This document shows, one piece after another, positions 1-13,225 of a stretch of DNA of 64,000 bases. The notes below the pieces were generated by a model that saw only the letters and a program-made list of their open reading frames with translations, searched no databases and was not told where the DNA came from. The position numbers and the translations under genes are program-made. The DNA lies in assembly GCA_964016885.1 (NCBI GenBank), contig OZ024740.1, positions 245,396,001 through 245,460,000 on the forward strand, written 5' to 3'. The DNA is from Eledone cirrhosa. Lineage: Eukaryota. Position 1 is the stretch's first letter; each line of letters starts with the position of its first letter.

Positions 1-322
1 GCGTTCTGGACGGAGAAGGAATTGTGGGAAGTAACGTAATGCAGACAGCCAGACATACAGACAGATATTATAAAGGCGCGACGTTATATGTATGTATCTA
101 TCTAAAAAGAGAAAGACTAAGAATTATAGAGAGAGATCGCTAAATCGCCTAATGCGGTCCCTAGGGCATTGAAAATTTGAAATTGTTTTTGCTCAGAATA
201 TTCCCTGCAACATAAGTATTACATGTGTAAAGTTTGAAAAGGGTCGGTTGGGTACTTCTCTAGTTTTAGGGATTCAAACTCACACACACACAGACACACA
301 TCCTCAGTTTTATATATAAAGA

Positions 323-1152
323 CTAGCAGAAAACCACCCGGTGGGCGGTTTTCTGCTAGCAAATCTAGTGTATATACTGAAATTTTAATCATACCATTAG
401 GTGTGAATAAGGAAATATTTGTTTATTGTCAAAACAAATGTTCAAAAGTTAAATTTCAATTTTTTGAATTATTTCCAATTTTTTCATGAAATTGAACACT
501 GGACATTGGCTGCTGGAAATGGAAATTAAATCGTATTTAATTGTATTTAAATTTCTAACCTTATTTTATTATTTATATTTTTTCAATAAGAAATAAAAAA
601 AAAACAACAAAAAAAATTGAAGAAAAAAATTGAACAAATCAAACGTAGGTTATGGAACTGCGCAATCTGATTAATAAATTACCTCATCAGCAGCAACCTT
701 CTTCAAATGGTCCTTATTATCAGTAGCAACAACCACAAATTCAATGGCAGCCTTCTTCAGATGGTCCTTGGCGTGGTGTCAAGTCAGAACCGCCTCGAAC
801 TGGTTACTTCTGGCTTGTGCAAGGTGTCTCTATAGCAACCAGCGATTCCCTCGGCCTCAGTGACCAAAGTCATTGGAGAGGGGAAGGTAATGTTTCTATA
901 GTGACAGTGTTTCTCTTGGTAGTACCAAAGTGGAGAAAGGAAGGGGAAGGTAATATTTCTGTAGCACGTGTTTTAGCGTCTATTCACTCTCTCTCTCCCT
1001 CTCTCCCTCCCGCTATCCCCCTCTCGTAGTCTGTCTCTTTCTTTCACTCTCACTCTCTCTCTACGCGTGTGCAAAAAACATTCGCACGCGCACACGTGTT
1101 TCCACTGTCGGACAGACAGACAGAGAAATTGCTGGTTATATATATAAGTAGA
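323..1152 (-). mobile_element. Non-autonomous Helitron-like element, unit 1 of a tandem array
   Basis: On the minus strand it starts TCTACTTATATATATAACC followed by (TGTC)n. It ends in a GC hairpin (CCCACCGGG) plus CTAG at 323. It abuts another TC start at 322. Confidence 0.7.
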
Positions 1153-1663
1153 CTAGCAGAAATCCACCTGGTCAGCGGTTTTCTGCTAGCAAATCTAGTG
1201 TATATACTGATATTGTTGAGATTTGGATGAGAAATGTTTTCGGCACCACATGTTCACCGTCTCTCGGTGTGTCTTTTATGCATGTATAAATATATATGTT
1301 ATCTATACGGTGAAATCTTTGAAATAAATATATGTTAAAACGAAAAAGGAGAAAAAGAGATTAGTGACGGAAATATAAACGTTATGATACATAAACGTTA
1401 TGATATAACGATGGAAATATATAAACGTTTACGATAAAACGATGGAAATAGAAACGTTTATATATAATGATAAGCCGAAACACTCGTAAGCCGAAACACT
1501 CGTAAGTCGAAACACTCGTAAAGCGAAACGTATAAATAAAGATTAATGTAATGAATTTGAAAAGCATAGAGATTTGAAACCGCGTCTATTTGTTTCCTTG
1601 GCATTTTTTTACAGACAGACAGACAAACAAACAGAGAAATGCCCATTATATATTATAAGTAGA
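1153..1663 (-). mobile_element. Non-autonomous Helitron-like element, unit 2
   Basis: Same CTAGCAGAAA...TTTTCTGCTAG 3' terminus at 1153-1190. Minus-strand 5' end TCTACTTATAATATAT plus (TGTC)n at 1663. Interior differs from unit 1. Confidence 0.65.
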
Positions 1664-2169
1664 ATCAATGGCAACCTTCTTCAAATGGTCCTTATTATCA
1701 GCAGCAACAACCACAAATTCAATGGCAACCTTCTTCAAACCACAAATTCAATGGCAACCTTCTTCAAATGGTCTTTGGCATGGTGTCAAGTCAGAACCGC
1801 CTCGAACTGGTTACTTCTGGCTTGTGCAAGGTGTCTCTATAGCAACCAGCGATTCCCTCGGCCTCAGTGATCAAAGTCAATGGAGAGGGGAAGGTAATGT
1901 TTCTATAGCGACAGTGTTTCTCTTGGTAGTACCAAAGTGGAGAAAGGAAGGGGAAGGTAATATTTCTGAAGCACGTGTTTTAGCGTCTATTCACTCTCTC
2001 TCTCTCCCTCTCTCCCTCTCTCCCTCCCGCTATCCCCCTCTCGTAGTCTGTCTCTTTCTTTCACTCTCACTCTCTCTCTACGCGTGTGCAAAAAACATAC
2101 GCACGCGCGCACGTGTTTCCACTGTCGGACAGACAGACAGAGAAATTGCTGATTATATATATAAGTAGA
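1664..2169 (-). mobile_element. 3'-truncated copy of Helitron-like unit 1
   Basis: Near-identical to about 690-1152, including the 5' TC terminus. Confidence 0.7.
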
Positions 2170-2920
2170 TATCGTCTTTTTTAATGTATCATGGATTACG
2201 TTATTGATTACATAAGACAGTGTAACAACGTCTTCGTTCAATTTCTGTTTATATTGTCAATTACGATTTTATTTGGTGTATCATATCTACATGTATATAT
2301 ACTTGCGTATAATATCAATATACACACTACACATGCTAGCAGAAAACCACCCGAAGGGTGGTTTTTCTGCTAGTATATATAAGTCTTATTTTTGTAGTGA
2401 CCTCAAAAAACTGCAAAAATCCACTTGGTTAAACAATGGAATTTTGCCCAGTTGTAAGATTTTAAGCTGCAACTATTTTCCCTTTCCTAAATGAATGGAG
2501 CAAAAGAGTATATACTTTGTTGAAAAATGTTTTGTATCCTAGGTTAAATGCTTATAATGAAAAACATTAAAGTTTTTTTTTACTGTTTCCATAACCTTGT
2601 ATGACCAAAGTTTCATGTTTTTCTTCTCTCTGGCCTGCAAAACGTAAACACCTTCCCAATCCTGAAACCCATCACCACGACAAAAAAAAACAAATAAATA
2701 AATGAACATAATAGTTTGCCGACCCCTGAACTAGACGCACAAGCCGCGTTGAGGTGTTAGGTCAAACACTGATCTCAATTTTAACCTCAATATTGATCGT
2801 CCGATAAAATTGCGGAAATGATAGAACGCCCGAGAAAATGTTTCAAAATAAAGTCAGACCTCGATTATTTTAAAGTTAAGGGGACACTGGACCTGTGATA
2901 CTCATGCTTTATTTTAAATA

Positions 2921-3503
2921 CTAGCCGAATTACCTGCGCCTTGCTGCGTTTCATACATTTTCTTTTGTAAGAAAATGATAATTGATTTTAAATCAGTGAT
3001 ATAATTTATGGAGAAAAACTCTGCATTTCAATATTACTCAATGTAAAATTTAATGCATGAAAAATTGGAAAACATTATTTTTTATAATATATCAAATCAA
3101 AATAACATTATTAAATCTTATTCTTATTTTGTTTCTTGTAAATAATTTTTTTCAAAATATCAATTCAAAACTTTTGTGAATAGGCATCATATCTTGTCAT
3201 ATAGCTATGGTTTACATTTCATATAAATCGAAGGGAAAAGGTTTTCAGCGGGGGTTTGTGCCTCCGGGGAACCCTTTGATTAAAATGAAATATACTTATC
3301 CAAATACCCTGGGCAATGTAGTTTATCCTAGTACCCTGGGCAATGTAGTTTATCCTAGTACCCTGGGCAATGTAGTTTATCCTAGTACCCTGGGCAATGT
3401 AGTTTCAGAATATATATGGTTATGGGGGTCTATCTCCAAAACCATAGGAGTAGTTCGTGAACAAACAAACAAACAGGCAGGAATACAACTTTATATATAT
3501 AGA
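2921..3503 (-). mobile_element. Non-autonomous Helitron-like element with internal 27-bp tandem repeat
   Basis: CTAG at 2921. Minus-strand start TCTATATATATAAAG plus (TTTG)n. About 4 copies of TACCCTGGGCAATGTAGTTTATCCTAG at 3306-3403. Confidence 0.55.
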
Positions 3504-4539
3504 TTAGACACATAAACCGTGTCGGGATGTCACCTTGGCCGGATATTGACCTGAATTTTAACCTAAATATTCATCATCTTATAGGATTGTTTTGAAATGA
3601 CGGAAATGGTAGGAAGCTAAAGAAAATGTTTCACAGTTCGGTTAAGTCACAATTATCCGAACGAGACAAGTGGAGAATAGTTCGTTCGGATAACTGGTTA
3701 GATTGTAAAGAAATGTAATTACTTTAAAATGCAGTTTTGGGGGGTTTTTTTAATGAGTTTCACAATGTTGTACTCGTGTTCGCTTGTCAATGGCGTTCGG
3801 TTTCTCTTCACAAGAGGTACTGGCGTAGCATGGTTCGTGGTAGTGGTGTATATGAAAACATATACGATATGTTTATGATAACAGCTTTTAATACAAATCC
3901 ATAAGGGTATTCTCATATGTTTATTATACATCGTATATGCTTTCATATACACCCCATGACAAAGTCATAGAGTAAATGGAAATATCCCTAGTTGTGTTAT
4001 ACTTTTAAATCTTTTATCATGTCAGTCATTTTTAAATATTACAATTATGTTAACACTAATATAAAGAATGATGTGCTCATGCGTGGAGATGCTATAAAAT
4101 AGGCTGAAGACCCTTACGCACGAGCACATCATGTTTTATATTAACTTTATCTTCTCTGTTGTAATTCAGCTATCTAAATTAAAAAGATATGAATTGAAGA
4201 CAAATGTCAACACTTCCGGTTATACGTCATTCCTCACTTTTTCTTATGACGTCGCACAACATTCCCCTCTTTATCTTAGTCTGTCTTTTTAGATAGATAC
4301 ATAGCTATAACGTAGCGCCCTTATAATATGTCTCTGTCTGCATTAGATAACGTTTTTCGAAATAATTATTACTGCGTTCACAGACAGATTTTTTTAGTTT
4401 CAAAAGATCCCGTTAAGGGTGAAAGCAGCGACTCTTTGTTTAAACTTTAATCTGTTATTTTAATATATATATATTCGTGTACAGATATTTTTGCATACAC
4501 AAAAACAATAACCTATTTATTTCACGAAAGCACAGACGG

Positions 4540-5445
4540 CTTATCGTCATTGTTACTGTTCGAGGTTAGAGGACCACAATCTTTCCAAGATCTGAGAACC
4601 ATCAATGGCCATCAATGTTCCACTTATCGTTTGGCTTGCCAGATGCGTGGTATGTTACACGATGACAGCCATTGGCACCTCACCCTGCAAGAAGCAGCAA
4701 CTGCTAAAGTCCCTTCTCAGCTGTGAAAACTTTTTGCTATTATGCTGTACAACTGCGATCTCGCCGACCCTCCCGCAATGTGGAGCAACCACCGTGAAAG
4801 TCTAGTTGAGGACATCCTCCACCGCACACGCAGACAATCCAGACGTAACATACGATGTCGTTTTCAATGAGGCGCTCATTTGTCTTGAAAACAGTGTCCT
4901 GGAGATTGGTGGTAGGCCTCTAAGTCACTACAGCTTACCTGCTCCTGACAGGAGTGTCTAGAGGTCAACGTCTACAGAGCTTCTCCGCGAGGCGAGCTAC
5001 GAGATCAGTGATTCTCTCACGGTCAATTGTATGTAGGATGCTCTAGGGTGAGCTCGCCAAAAAATCTCTTCATCTTTGCTCCGGGGTGCCGAACAAAAAA
5101 TATTGTATACTCTGAGGCTCTAACAATGTAATTTAAATATTTTCTGTTACTTGGAATTTCCATTATAGTTGTACAAATTATTGTTTGTTAAAAAATGTGT
5201 TCTCTATTCAGGTTTTATTGTTATAACTATCAATTTTCTTTAACGTACTGGCTGCTGAACTGGGAAATCCTAAAAACTATTCAAACCCAACATCAGAGCA
5301 CGTTAACACCCCCCCCCCCCCCACCCCTCGCCTCGCTGACTTGAGAGGTGTGTGGTATCTTTGCACTGGAGTGTAGGGGGGATTCCTGAAAAGATAAAAT
5401 GCTGGTATACTTAGCCGTAGGCCAGCCGAACGGGCCAGCTAATAA
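4540..5445 (+). mobile_element. Degenerate Helitron RepHel fragment with 3' end
   Basis: Translates to NGHQCSTYRLACQMRGMLHDDSHW, matching the Helitron 'T..EAC..RGLL.DD..W' region. GC-rich hairpin-like end with CTAA near 5415-5443. Confidence 0.55.
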
Positions 5446-6064
5446 GGAATTAAAATACCAATAGTGTTGTTTAACCCCAGGTCGGCTATTAGCCAGCAGA
5501 CCTAAAAAAAAATTATAATAATTGACGTCGTGATCATCCTAGCCTTAACTTTCTTTTAAGGACGGTGGATTATATAAACATATAAAAATATAAATATGCA
5601 CACATAAATACGTATATAACACACACGCACACATACCTAAAGGTAAATACACATATGTTCACCAAACGTACGTATACCAAAGCTCAATGTACACATATAC
5701 ACACTTTACATACGTGCAAACACGCATGCATGCATACACAAACACAAAATACACATATACACATATGTGTGTATATTTATATTTATAAACGTTTATATAA
5801 TTATATGTATACACACACATATATTTTTTATGTGTATTTGGTGAATACGTTCGTACATGTGCGGGTACATGTGCCGCAAGGGTTTAAGTACGTGTGCACG
5901 TGGTTATGTGTATATGCATACATGGCGGGTGTTTTCGCGTATACACGTGTATGTACGTATATAGATGTGCGTATGGAAATATTTAATTATTATTACTTTT
6001 ATGATTTTAATAACCTCTGTCATTTTCGTTCTACTAATTTATTTACATTATTCTTAACTCCGAA

Positions 6065-6272
6065 GGGGCGGTGGATTGGCAGTATCGGTAGAGGGTTGGA
6101 CGCCATGCTTTGACGACATGCTTTGACGCATAGAGTTACGGCCCTTGCCATTCTGAGTTCAAATCCCGCCGAGGTTAACTTTGCCTTTCATCCTTATGGG
6201 GTCGATAAAATAAAGTACCAGTAATACACTGGGTATTTGCTGGCCTTGTGCCAAAAGTAGAAACAATTATTC
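6065..6272 (+). mobile_element. tRNA-derived SINE, family 1
   Basis: A-box-like TGGCAGTATCGG, B-box GAGTTCAAATCC, core TTGCCTTTCATCCTTATGGGGTCGATAAAATAAAGTACCAG, and an ATT tail. Multiple copies in the window. Confidence 0.8.
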
Positions 6273-6660
6273 TTAACTCGGAAGCCGAGAATCATTCGGT
6301 TTCTTAAATAGAATATTAGTCTACGACTCCATTTATGCCATAAACGAGGTTTTGTCTTTGCGGGTAATTGATCTAACAGCTCCACATAACGACGTATTAT
6401 CTTCGCTTTTTTTCGTTCATTGCCAGGGAACATTTTCACGAACCAAAGTATCGTCTTCCTCCTTTCCTTCGATTGCAACGTTTTTCGAAATATTTACTTC
6501 TGCGTTCAGAAGATCCCGTTAAGGGTCAAAGCAGCGATTCCTTGCTTAAACTTTAATCTGTTATTTTAATAAATATTTGCTCTAGGGTGCTTATATATTT
6601 GATATATATTTATCCTTATCGAGCCCTCTTTTGATTTTAGTCTTCACATTTATTATTATT
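6273..6660. repeat. Dispersed repeat family (also 4345-4470 and fold-back 28010-28654)
   Basis: Shared sequence GAAGATCCCGTTAAGGG...AAACTTTAATCTGTTATTTTAATA among the three loci. Confidence 0.75.
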
Positions 6661-6667
6661 ACTATAT

Positions 6668-7625
6668 ATCATCATCATCATCATCATCATCATCGTTTAA
6701 CGTCCATCTTCCACGCTAGCATGGGTTTGGACGGTAATTTTCTCACGTGAGACAAGATTGGTTGTCTTGCTCGTATAGGACTGTCTGGCGAGTTTTCTAC
6801 GGCTGGATGCCCTTCCTAACACCAACCACGTTTACAGTGTGGACTGGGAGGTTTTTACCGTGTTACCTACACGGCCACATTACAGCGTGGACAGTGTGTT
6901 TTTTTTTGTCGTGACACCTACACGACCTCATTTATTTAGGACTGGATGTTGTGGTACCAACATAACTTTACATCGAAGGGGGGGGTAGTGGGACGGGGGT
7001 GTATTTTGGTAAGAGGTGCCTACTGACTGTAGGTTTCGCTTTGCACTTAGGCAAGGCGGGTCTTCTGTATTACTGCGTAGCGCCAAAGATCTCGGTCCAG
7101 TGACATTGTCTTGGAGAGGTGTAAGTGTGTGAGGTCGGAATTTATCAAGTCATCCCAGGTTTTTCTGGGTCTGCCTACTCCGTGGCTACCGTCTATTTTG
7201 ATCGCCCTGCACTTTTTTATACAGCTGTCGTCTTTCATGCGCATCACGTGACCATACCAACGTAGTCTTCTCTCGAGTAAACAGCATCTGATCCCTCTTA
7301 TTCCTAATTTCTCACTTAGTTCATTTATGCTTTGCCGTTCACGTATATTACTATTACACACCCAACGGAGCATTCAAGCTTCGTTCTTCTCCAGTCTGCG
7401 TAGATCCTCTGCACACAATGCCCAGGTCTCACTGCCATGTAACATTGCTGTTCGTATGCAGGCATCATACAGCCTGCCTTTCATTTTTAGAGAGAAACCT
7501 TTAGTGGCCAATAGTGGTATAAGCTCTCTGAACTTTTTCCATCCCGTTCTGACTCTAGCTACTGTACTTTCAGAGCACCCTCGACCACTGCTGATATTGT
7601 CACCCAGGTAACAGAAGGTGTCCAC
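6668..7625 (-). mobile_element. RTE-clade LINE, 5'-truncated 3' end
   Basis: ORFs 7374-7703 and 7047-7373 (LHGSETW, RRLRWYGHV, GRPRKTW), then 3' UTR and (GAT)n tail. Homologous to 53500-55985. Confidence 0.9.
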
Positions 7626-7861
7626 TATATATATATATATATACATGTACACACAACTATATACATACAAACACGTGCATACGCGAAAACGCACGCCATT
7701 CATACATATAGATGCACATACGCATAAACTCGCGCAAGCGTACGTATTCCAGGCTCATATATACACATATACCGGCGCCCATACAATCGTATACGCCTAA
7801 ATACATACGTACACGTATACACGTACATGCATAGGTGCGAACACACATACATACACATCTG

Positions 7862-7984
<123 letters not shown>

Positions 7985-8112
7985 GTATTTTTAACCGCTG
8001 GTCAATCAATGATTGATTTCCAAATAAGATGGAGATATAAAAGATACAGAAGCGAAAGCCAACCCAAACCAATATTATAACAATATGACCCTCCCCAAGT
8101 ATAACAATATAC

Positions 8113-8192
<80 letters not shown>

Positions 8193-8194
8193 CA

Positions 8195-8590
8195 GTGTCA
8201 ACTCTGGATGTTGGTGAGCATGTCCAGCTAACCTCAGTTTCTGGTGTGTTACTTTTGAGCTGACTCAGCATTCCCGTGTAGCACCCAACCACCATCTGAG
8301 TGAGTTTCTTGGTCAGTGTCCAAATCTCAAAGTCGTACAGCAGCACACAGACCCCACTACAGCAAGGAAGAGACGGATCTTCATGTCTTTACGAAGGCCC
8401 GACTTCCAGACCGATCTCAAACTGTGGGAGCCCCTGCATGGACACACTAGAAAAGGGAGACCGAGGTTAACATAGGTTGATGCCCTAAGGACAGACACTT
8501 GGAGACGCAGGACATGGCAGCGATGATGAGGGACAGAGACCGCTGGAGAGAACTCGTACATGGATTTCTTCGGGAATTTTACCCGCCCTA
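8195..8590. mobile_element. RTE-like LINE 3' fragment with internal inversion
   Basis: Minus strand about 8200-8415 reads KIRLFLAVV..LLYDFEIWTLTKK. Plus strand about 8420-8560 reads WEPLHGHTRKGRPR...MRDRDRW. Confidence 0.65.
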
Positions 8591-8596
8591 GACATA

Positions 8597-8665
<69 letters not shown>

Positions 8666-8819
8666 TGTAGAAATAAACACAGTAAATTTTGTGTCTAAAA
8701 TTACGAGGGTAGAAAATACCACAAATGTTTTATCTATTTAACCTGAAACATACAGTAAGATATAGAATTTCATATACAGACCGTATCAGACCGTATCAGA
8801 CCGTATCAATAACCATATC

Positions 8820-8907
8820 ATCTCTCGGACAGATCAGATTTAATCTGTTTCGTCCTCAAAATTGTGTTTGTAACAGATAATCCGTAGGCATTTTGTCAGC
8901 GAGAGAT
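8820..8907 (-). ncRNA. Degenerate type I hammerhead ribozyme motif
   Basis: ATCTCTCG-CTGACAA-(weak stem II)-GAA-ACAGAT/ATCTGT-C-CGAGAGAT. Perfect 8-bp stem I and 6-bp stem III, but core G8 is A. Confidence 0.55.
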
Positions 8908-9409
8908 AAGATCAAATGAAACAAAACACATTTTACAAGAACTCACAGGAATAAATACACCTCGTGGGTTGTAAGCTATACGTGGTGTGTAATAAATAGC
9001 CTTATTACACTTAACTTATAAGATTTGGACACTGACCAAGAAACTAATTTTTCCTCGTACCCCAGAAGGAATTAACTAAATAAATAATCAATTAATCCGA
9101 GCTAAATGCAATTATATGTATTTATATGCATGTGGTGTATCACCTATAATTTGTTCTAACTCCCGTAAGATTGAGTAAAAGTTAGGTTGCTTCTTTTAGC
9201 AACACCATCAGTCTATCCTTCACTACCTATCTGTTTTGACCGTAAAACCACGTGATGATTTCCCCTTTGAAAATTATTACTGGTAGCGGTCACTTCAAAG
9301 AAAACTAGTCCTACTGAGGGAGTCTTTTGATAAGCTTGCAAACTCACAGCTTAAGTGCAATTTAATTGCCAGCAACTTCAAGGTTTCAGTTTAGTCGCTT
9401 CATCTGCCT

Positions 9410-9950
9410 CCGTATGATGCAACCAGTGCATTTAGTAAATTCCGTCATCGTTTCTGGGATGAGAGAGGCTTAAAGCTGGAAAACAAATTTAATATCATCA
9501 AAGCTTTTCTCACTTTTGTATGGATCTGAATCATGGACTCCGTATCGCACACATAAATCAGCTAGATGTTGTCTTCGTACAATTTATGGATAAGATCTCA
9601 AATGATAATATTTTCACAAAGGGCAAAATTGGAGGCATTAAGATTTCCCCCGTGTAATCCCAATTACAACGGACTGGCCATGTTATCAGAATGAGTGACA
9701 ATCGAATACTTAATGTTCTCTTACACTTAGCTTCACAATAGTAAAAGGAATCTAGGAAGGCATTGGCCCATGTATAAGAAGAAGCAGAAGAGTAATCTTG
9801 AAGCTGTTGGCATACCTTTTCAGACTTTTGAGGAGATGGCCCAGGAGCGAAAGAAGTAAATGGTGAGTTGTTATAGTGCCATTAAAACTTTCGTCATTAA
9901 ACTAGCGTCTTCCAAATCACCGAGAAAGAGAATCGGAGAAAGAGAAAGAG
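9410..9950 (+). mobile_element. Old RTE-like LINE remnant
   Basis: Broken translation AFSKFRHRFWDERGLKLENK...LLYGSESW...TGHVIRMSD. Confidence 0.55.
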
Positions 9951-9959
9951 AATCAGAGT

Positions 9960-10135
9960 ATCTAGATTACAAATCTACCTTTATACTGAAAATTATTGGT
10001 ACACTTGACTATGTCAGCAAATGCCTAAATGATAATCTGAAAAAGCTAGGGTGTGCAGCCAAAAACATTGACCAGATAACACGCACCTTACAAATACAAT
10101 CTGTAAGCGGAACATTAAAAAATTGCAACGTGTGA
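9960..10135 (+). mobile_element. Remnant C-terminus of a REL-type non-LTR element
   Basis: IIGTLDYVSKCLNDNLKKLG...LQIQSVSGTLK resembles the PIVIG.LG...LQK..LLGT end of the R4-like ORFs nearby. Confidence 0.4.
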
Positions 10136-10639
10136 CACTCAGCATTTGTGTAATTCAAATACCAACGATGAATCTTTGTTTCTTTGTTACAAACTATCAC
10201 CTTCCTTGCAGGAAGAATTTGAATAGTATATTTGAAAACATACATATTTACATGCATATCTGTACTTCTTTTACCCTGCACTATCGATCTTGCCTCTATT
10301 TACGTCATTGTAGTTTATTCACAGAAAAAGTGTTAACTGTCAGAATTCCAGGCTCTAAACAAAAACAAGTTGATTTATCAAAATCTGCCAAAATTAACAC
10401 ACAGAAATGCAAACTGACCGAAATTATTTACGTCTGTATTTAAATATCTGAGTAGCTAGCTATTTACGCATTGAAATATGTTTATACATGTTTGTCTATC
10501 AATCAACATATAGCATACATACATATTTATATATATGCTTACGTACATACGTACATACATAACTGACTACCTTCCTTCTTATTTAAAGACCGGCTCTTTG
10601 CATACATACATTCCTCTTCTTCTTCATCATCATCATCAT

Positions 10640-13220
10640 CATATTATTATTGTTCTTTGAGTCTCAGTCATTGGTGTTAGTTAACTGGAAAGTTTGTTGA
10701 AATGAATATCAAGCCACTACCTGCAGCCTCAGATATTCAGGACGTATCGGAGGGTTCTTGCTGTTCCCAGCAAGCATTCCTTTTGAAGTGTTCCAAAAAG
10801 CGGGGCGGGACCAATTTTCTTTAACCATCCTTGGAAACTCTTTGAGATAGTACCTAGTCCGCCTATGACAATCGGGACCACTTTGACCTCATGGCAGTTC
10901 CAAATCCTTTTTACCTCCCACTTTAAGTCCTGGTATCGGTTAATTTTCTCCCTCTCCTTCTCTTGCACTCTCGTGTCGAATGGGCAGGCTACATCCACAA
11001 TCAGACACGATCTTTTTCCCTTGTCCAAAACCACCAGGTCAGGTCTATTGTGTTCCAGTTTCTTGTCCGTCTGTATCCTTAAATCCCACAGCACCTTCAC
11101 CTGATCGTTTTCTATCACCGACTCTGGCTTATGCTCATACCACTTCTCAGAATGTGGTAAATTGTTTACTTTGCATATGTGCCAGTGGATCACCCTCCCA
11201 TCACATCATGTCTCCAGCCTTTATAATGAGTCTGGGCTAGGTGTTTACACTCGGATACAATGTGAGCCACAGTCTCCTCTCTGTCTCTCCACAAATCCTA
11301 CACAGTGGGCTAGCCTCCTACTTGTAAATATGGTGTTTCAGCCACTTCGTTTTGAGGGCCTGCTCTTGCGCAGCTATTAGCATTCCTTCTGTAGCCTTTT
11401 TAAGGTCTCCTCTTTTCAACCAGTTCCATGTCTGTGGATCTCTAAATTCAGTTTTATCAAAGAAGGTACTATGAAGGGATTTTTCATGAAGGTTGCTTTT
11501 TCTCCTTGTTGTTATTTCCTCCTTGGACATCCCCTGGTCTATTGTCCTCCCCTTCAGTACAATTCTGAGCATTGGCTCCTTACCATCAGTCACGTATTTG
11601 TGTAGGTTGTTTTTCTCCATCTGAACACAGTCCTCTATGCTGATAAGACCTCTTCCACCTTCAGATCTCCTTAAGTAGGGTCTATCGACATCACTCCTCT
11701 TGTGGAACATGTTGTAGATAGTCAATAGCTTCCTAGTCTTCCTATCCATTTATTTTTGTTCAGCAACATTCCATCTCAGAATTCCCGCACTGTACCTAAT
11801 AACAGACACAGCTCGGGAATTTACTGCACTTATGACATTCCTACTGTTCAGATGTGACTTTAATACGCTCCTTACTCTTCGAATGTATTCAGATCTTATC
11901 AATTCCTTCATTTTTCTGTTCTTGATGTCATCAGCCTCCAGAACACCTAAATATTTGTATCCTTCTTCAGTATCAATTTCCTTTATCATCTCACTTGTTG
12001 GTACCTGGATTCCGTTGCTTCTGCTCAATTTACCCCTCTTCATCACAAGGACTCCACACTTACTAATACCAAATTGCATACATATATCATTGCTGAAAAT
12101 ACGGACAGTGTCAACAAGCACATCCAACTCCTTCTCACTCTTCCCGAAGAGCTTAAGATCGTCCATAAAGAGGAGGTGATTGGTGGTAAGCTCTCCCTTT
12201 CCCAACTTGTATCCTGCTCACACTTTTCGCAGTATAATGGTCAGGGGGATCAGGGCAAGGACAAACAACAGAGGGGACAAACTATCTCCCTGGAAGATAA
12301 CTCTCTTGATCTTCACGCCTCCCAAGGATTCTCCGCCCGATGTTAACTCTGTTTTCGAGGACTTCATACTTTTGCTCAACAACTGTCTGATGTTATCTGC
12401 CACCTTGAAGATCTCTAGGCTTTTGGTTATCCAAGAATGAGGTACCATGTCGAATGCCTTTTTGTAGTCTATCCATCCTCTTGCAATTCCTCATTACCAT
12501 CTTGTCAATAAGTAACTGGTCCTTTGTACCACGGGACTTCTTTCGGCATCCTTTCTGTTCGTCCGGTAACAAGTTGTTTGTGTGGAGGTGATGGTAGATT
12601 TCCTCAGACATAATGCTTGTCAACAGTTTCCACATTACGGACAGACATGTGATAGGTCTATAGTTGGTAACATCATTACCCTTGATTCGGTCTTTCATTA
12701 TCAGAACTGTGGTACCTTTTGTCAACCACTCTGGTACCTCACCTGACATCAAGCAGTCATTGAACATGGTTGTCAGTTTCAGGTGGAGGGATGTTATATT
12801 TTTAATCCAATACCCCTGCACACCATCTGGGCCTGGTGATTTCCAGTTGGTTAGTTTTCTGGCCTGCCTCTTAAGAGTTTCAACTGTGATACTCAAATCA
12901 GTTTGTTGGTGTGCCTGTTCACTAATCTCCTTTTGTACTGTCTCAATCCACACTGCCTGATCATTATGTTCAACATCCTGCTCCCATATTCCTCTCCAGA
13001 ATGTCTTAGTTTGTTCCGCCTCAGGGATCAAGTCGTTGCCTCTTTCATTCCCTTCAAGCTGTCCAAACAACATCTTCTGGTTGTTGTCAAACATGCGGTT
13101 CTGTCTATACTGACTGACTCTGCTCTCGTATCGCCTAATCTTTGCGTTCTTTGCTACAATGCGTTGCTTCAGTTCCTCTATGATAATATTTAGCTTTTTC
13201 CTCCTAGTTTTGTACTTTAT
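10640..13220 (-). mobile_element. R4/Dong-like non-LTR retrotransposon (RT + CCHC + REL endonuclease), frameshifted
   Basis: [50 protein letters not shown]...DVACPFD. Ends in a (TAA)n tail. Confidence 0.9.
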
Positions 13221-13225
13221 TATTA

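Noticed and set aside
817-2168. Duplicated small ORFs 817-1029 and 1668-2168
   Set aside because: They lie inside repeated non-autonomous Helitron-like units and run through CT microsatellite.
6065-6180. tRNA gene
   Set aside because: A and B boxes are present but there is no clean cloverleaf, and it continues into a multicopy SINE body and tail.
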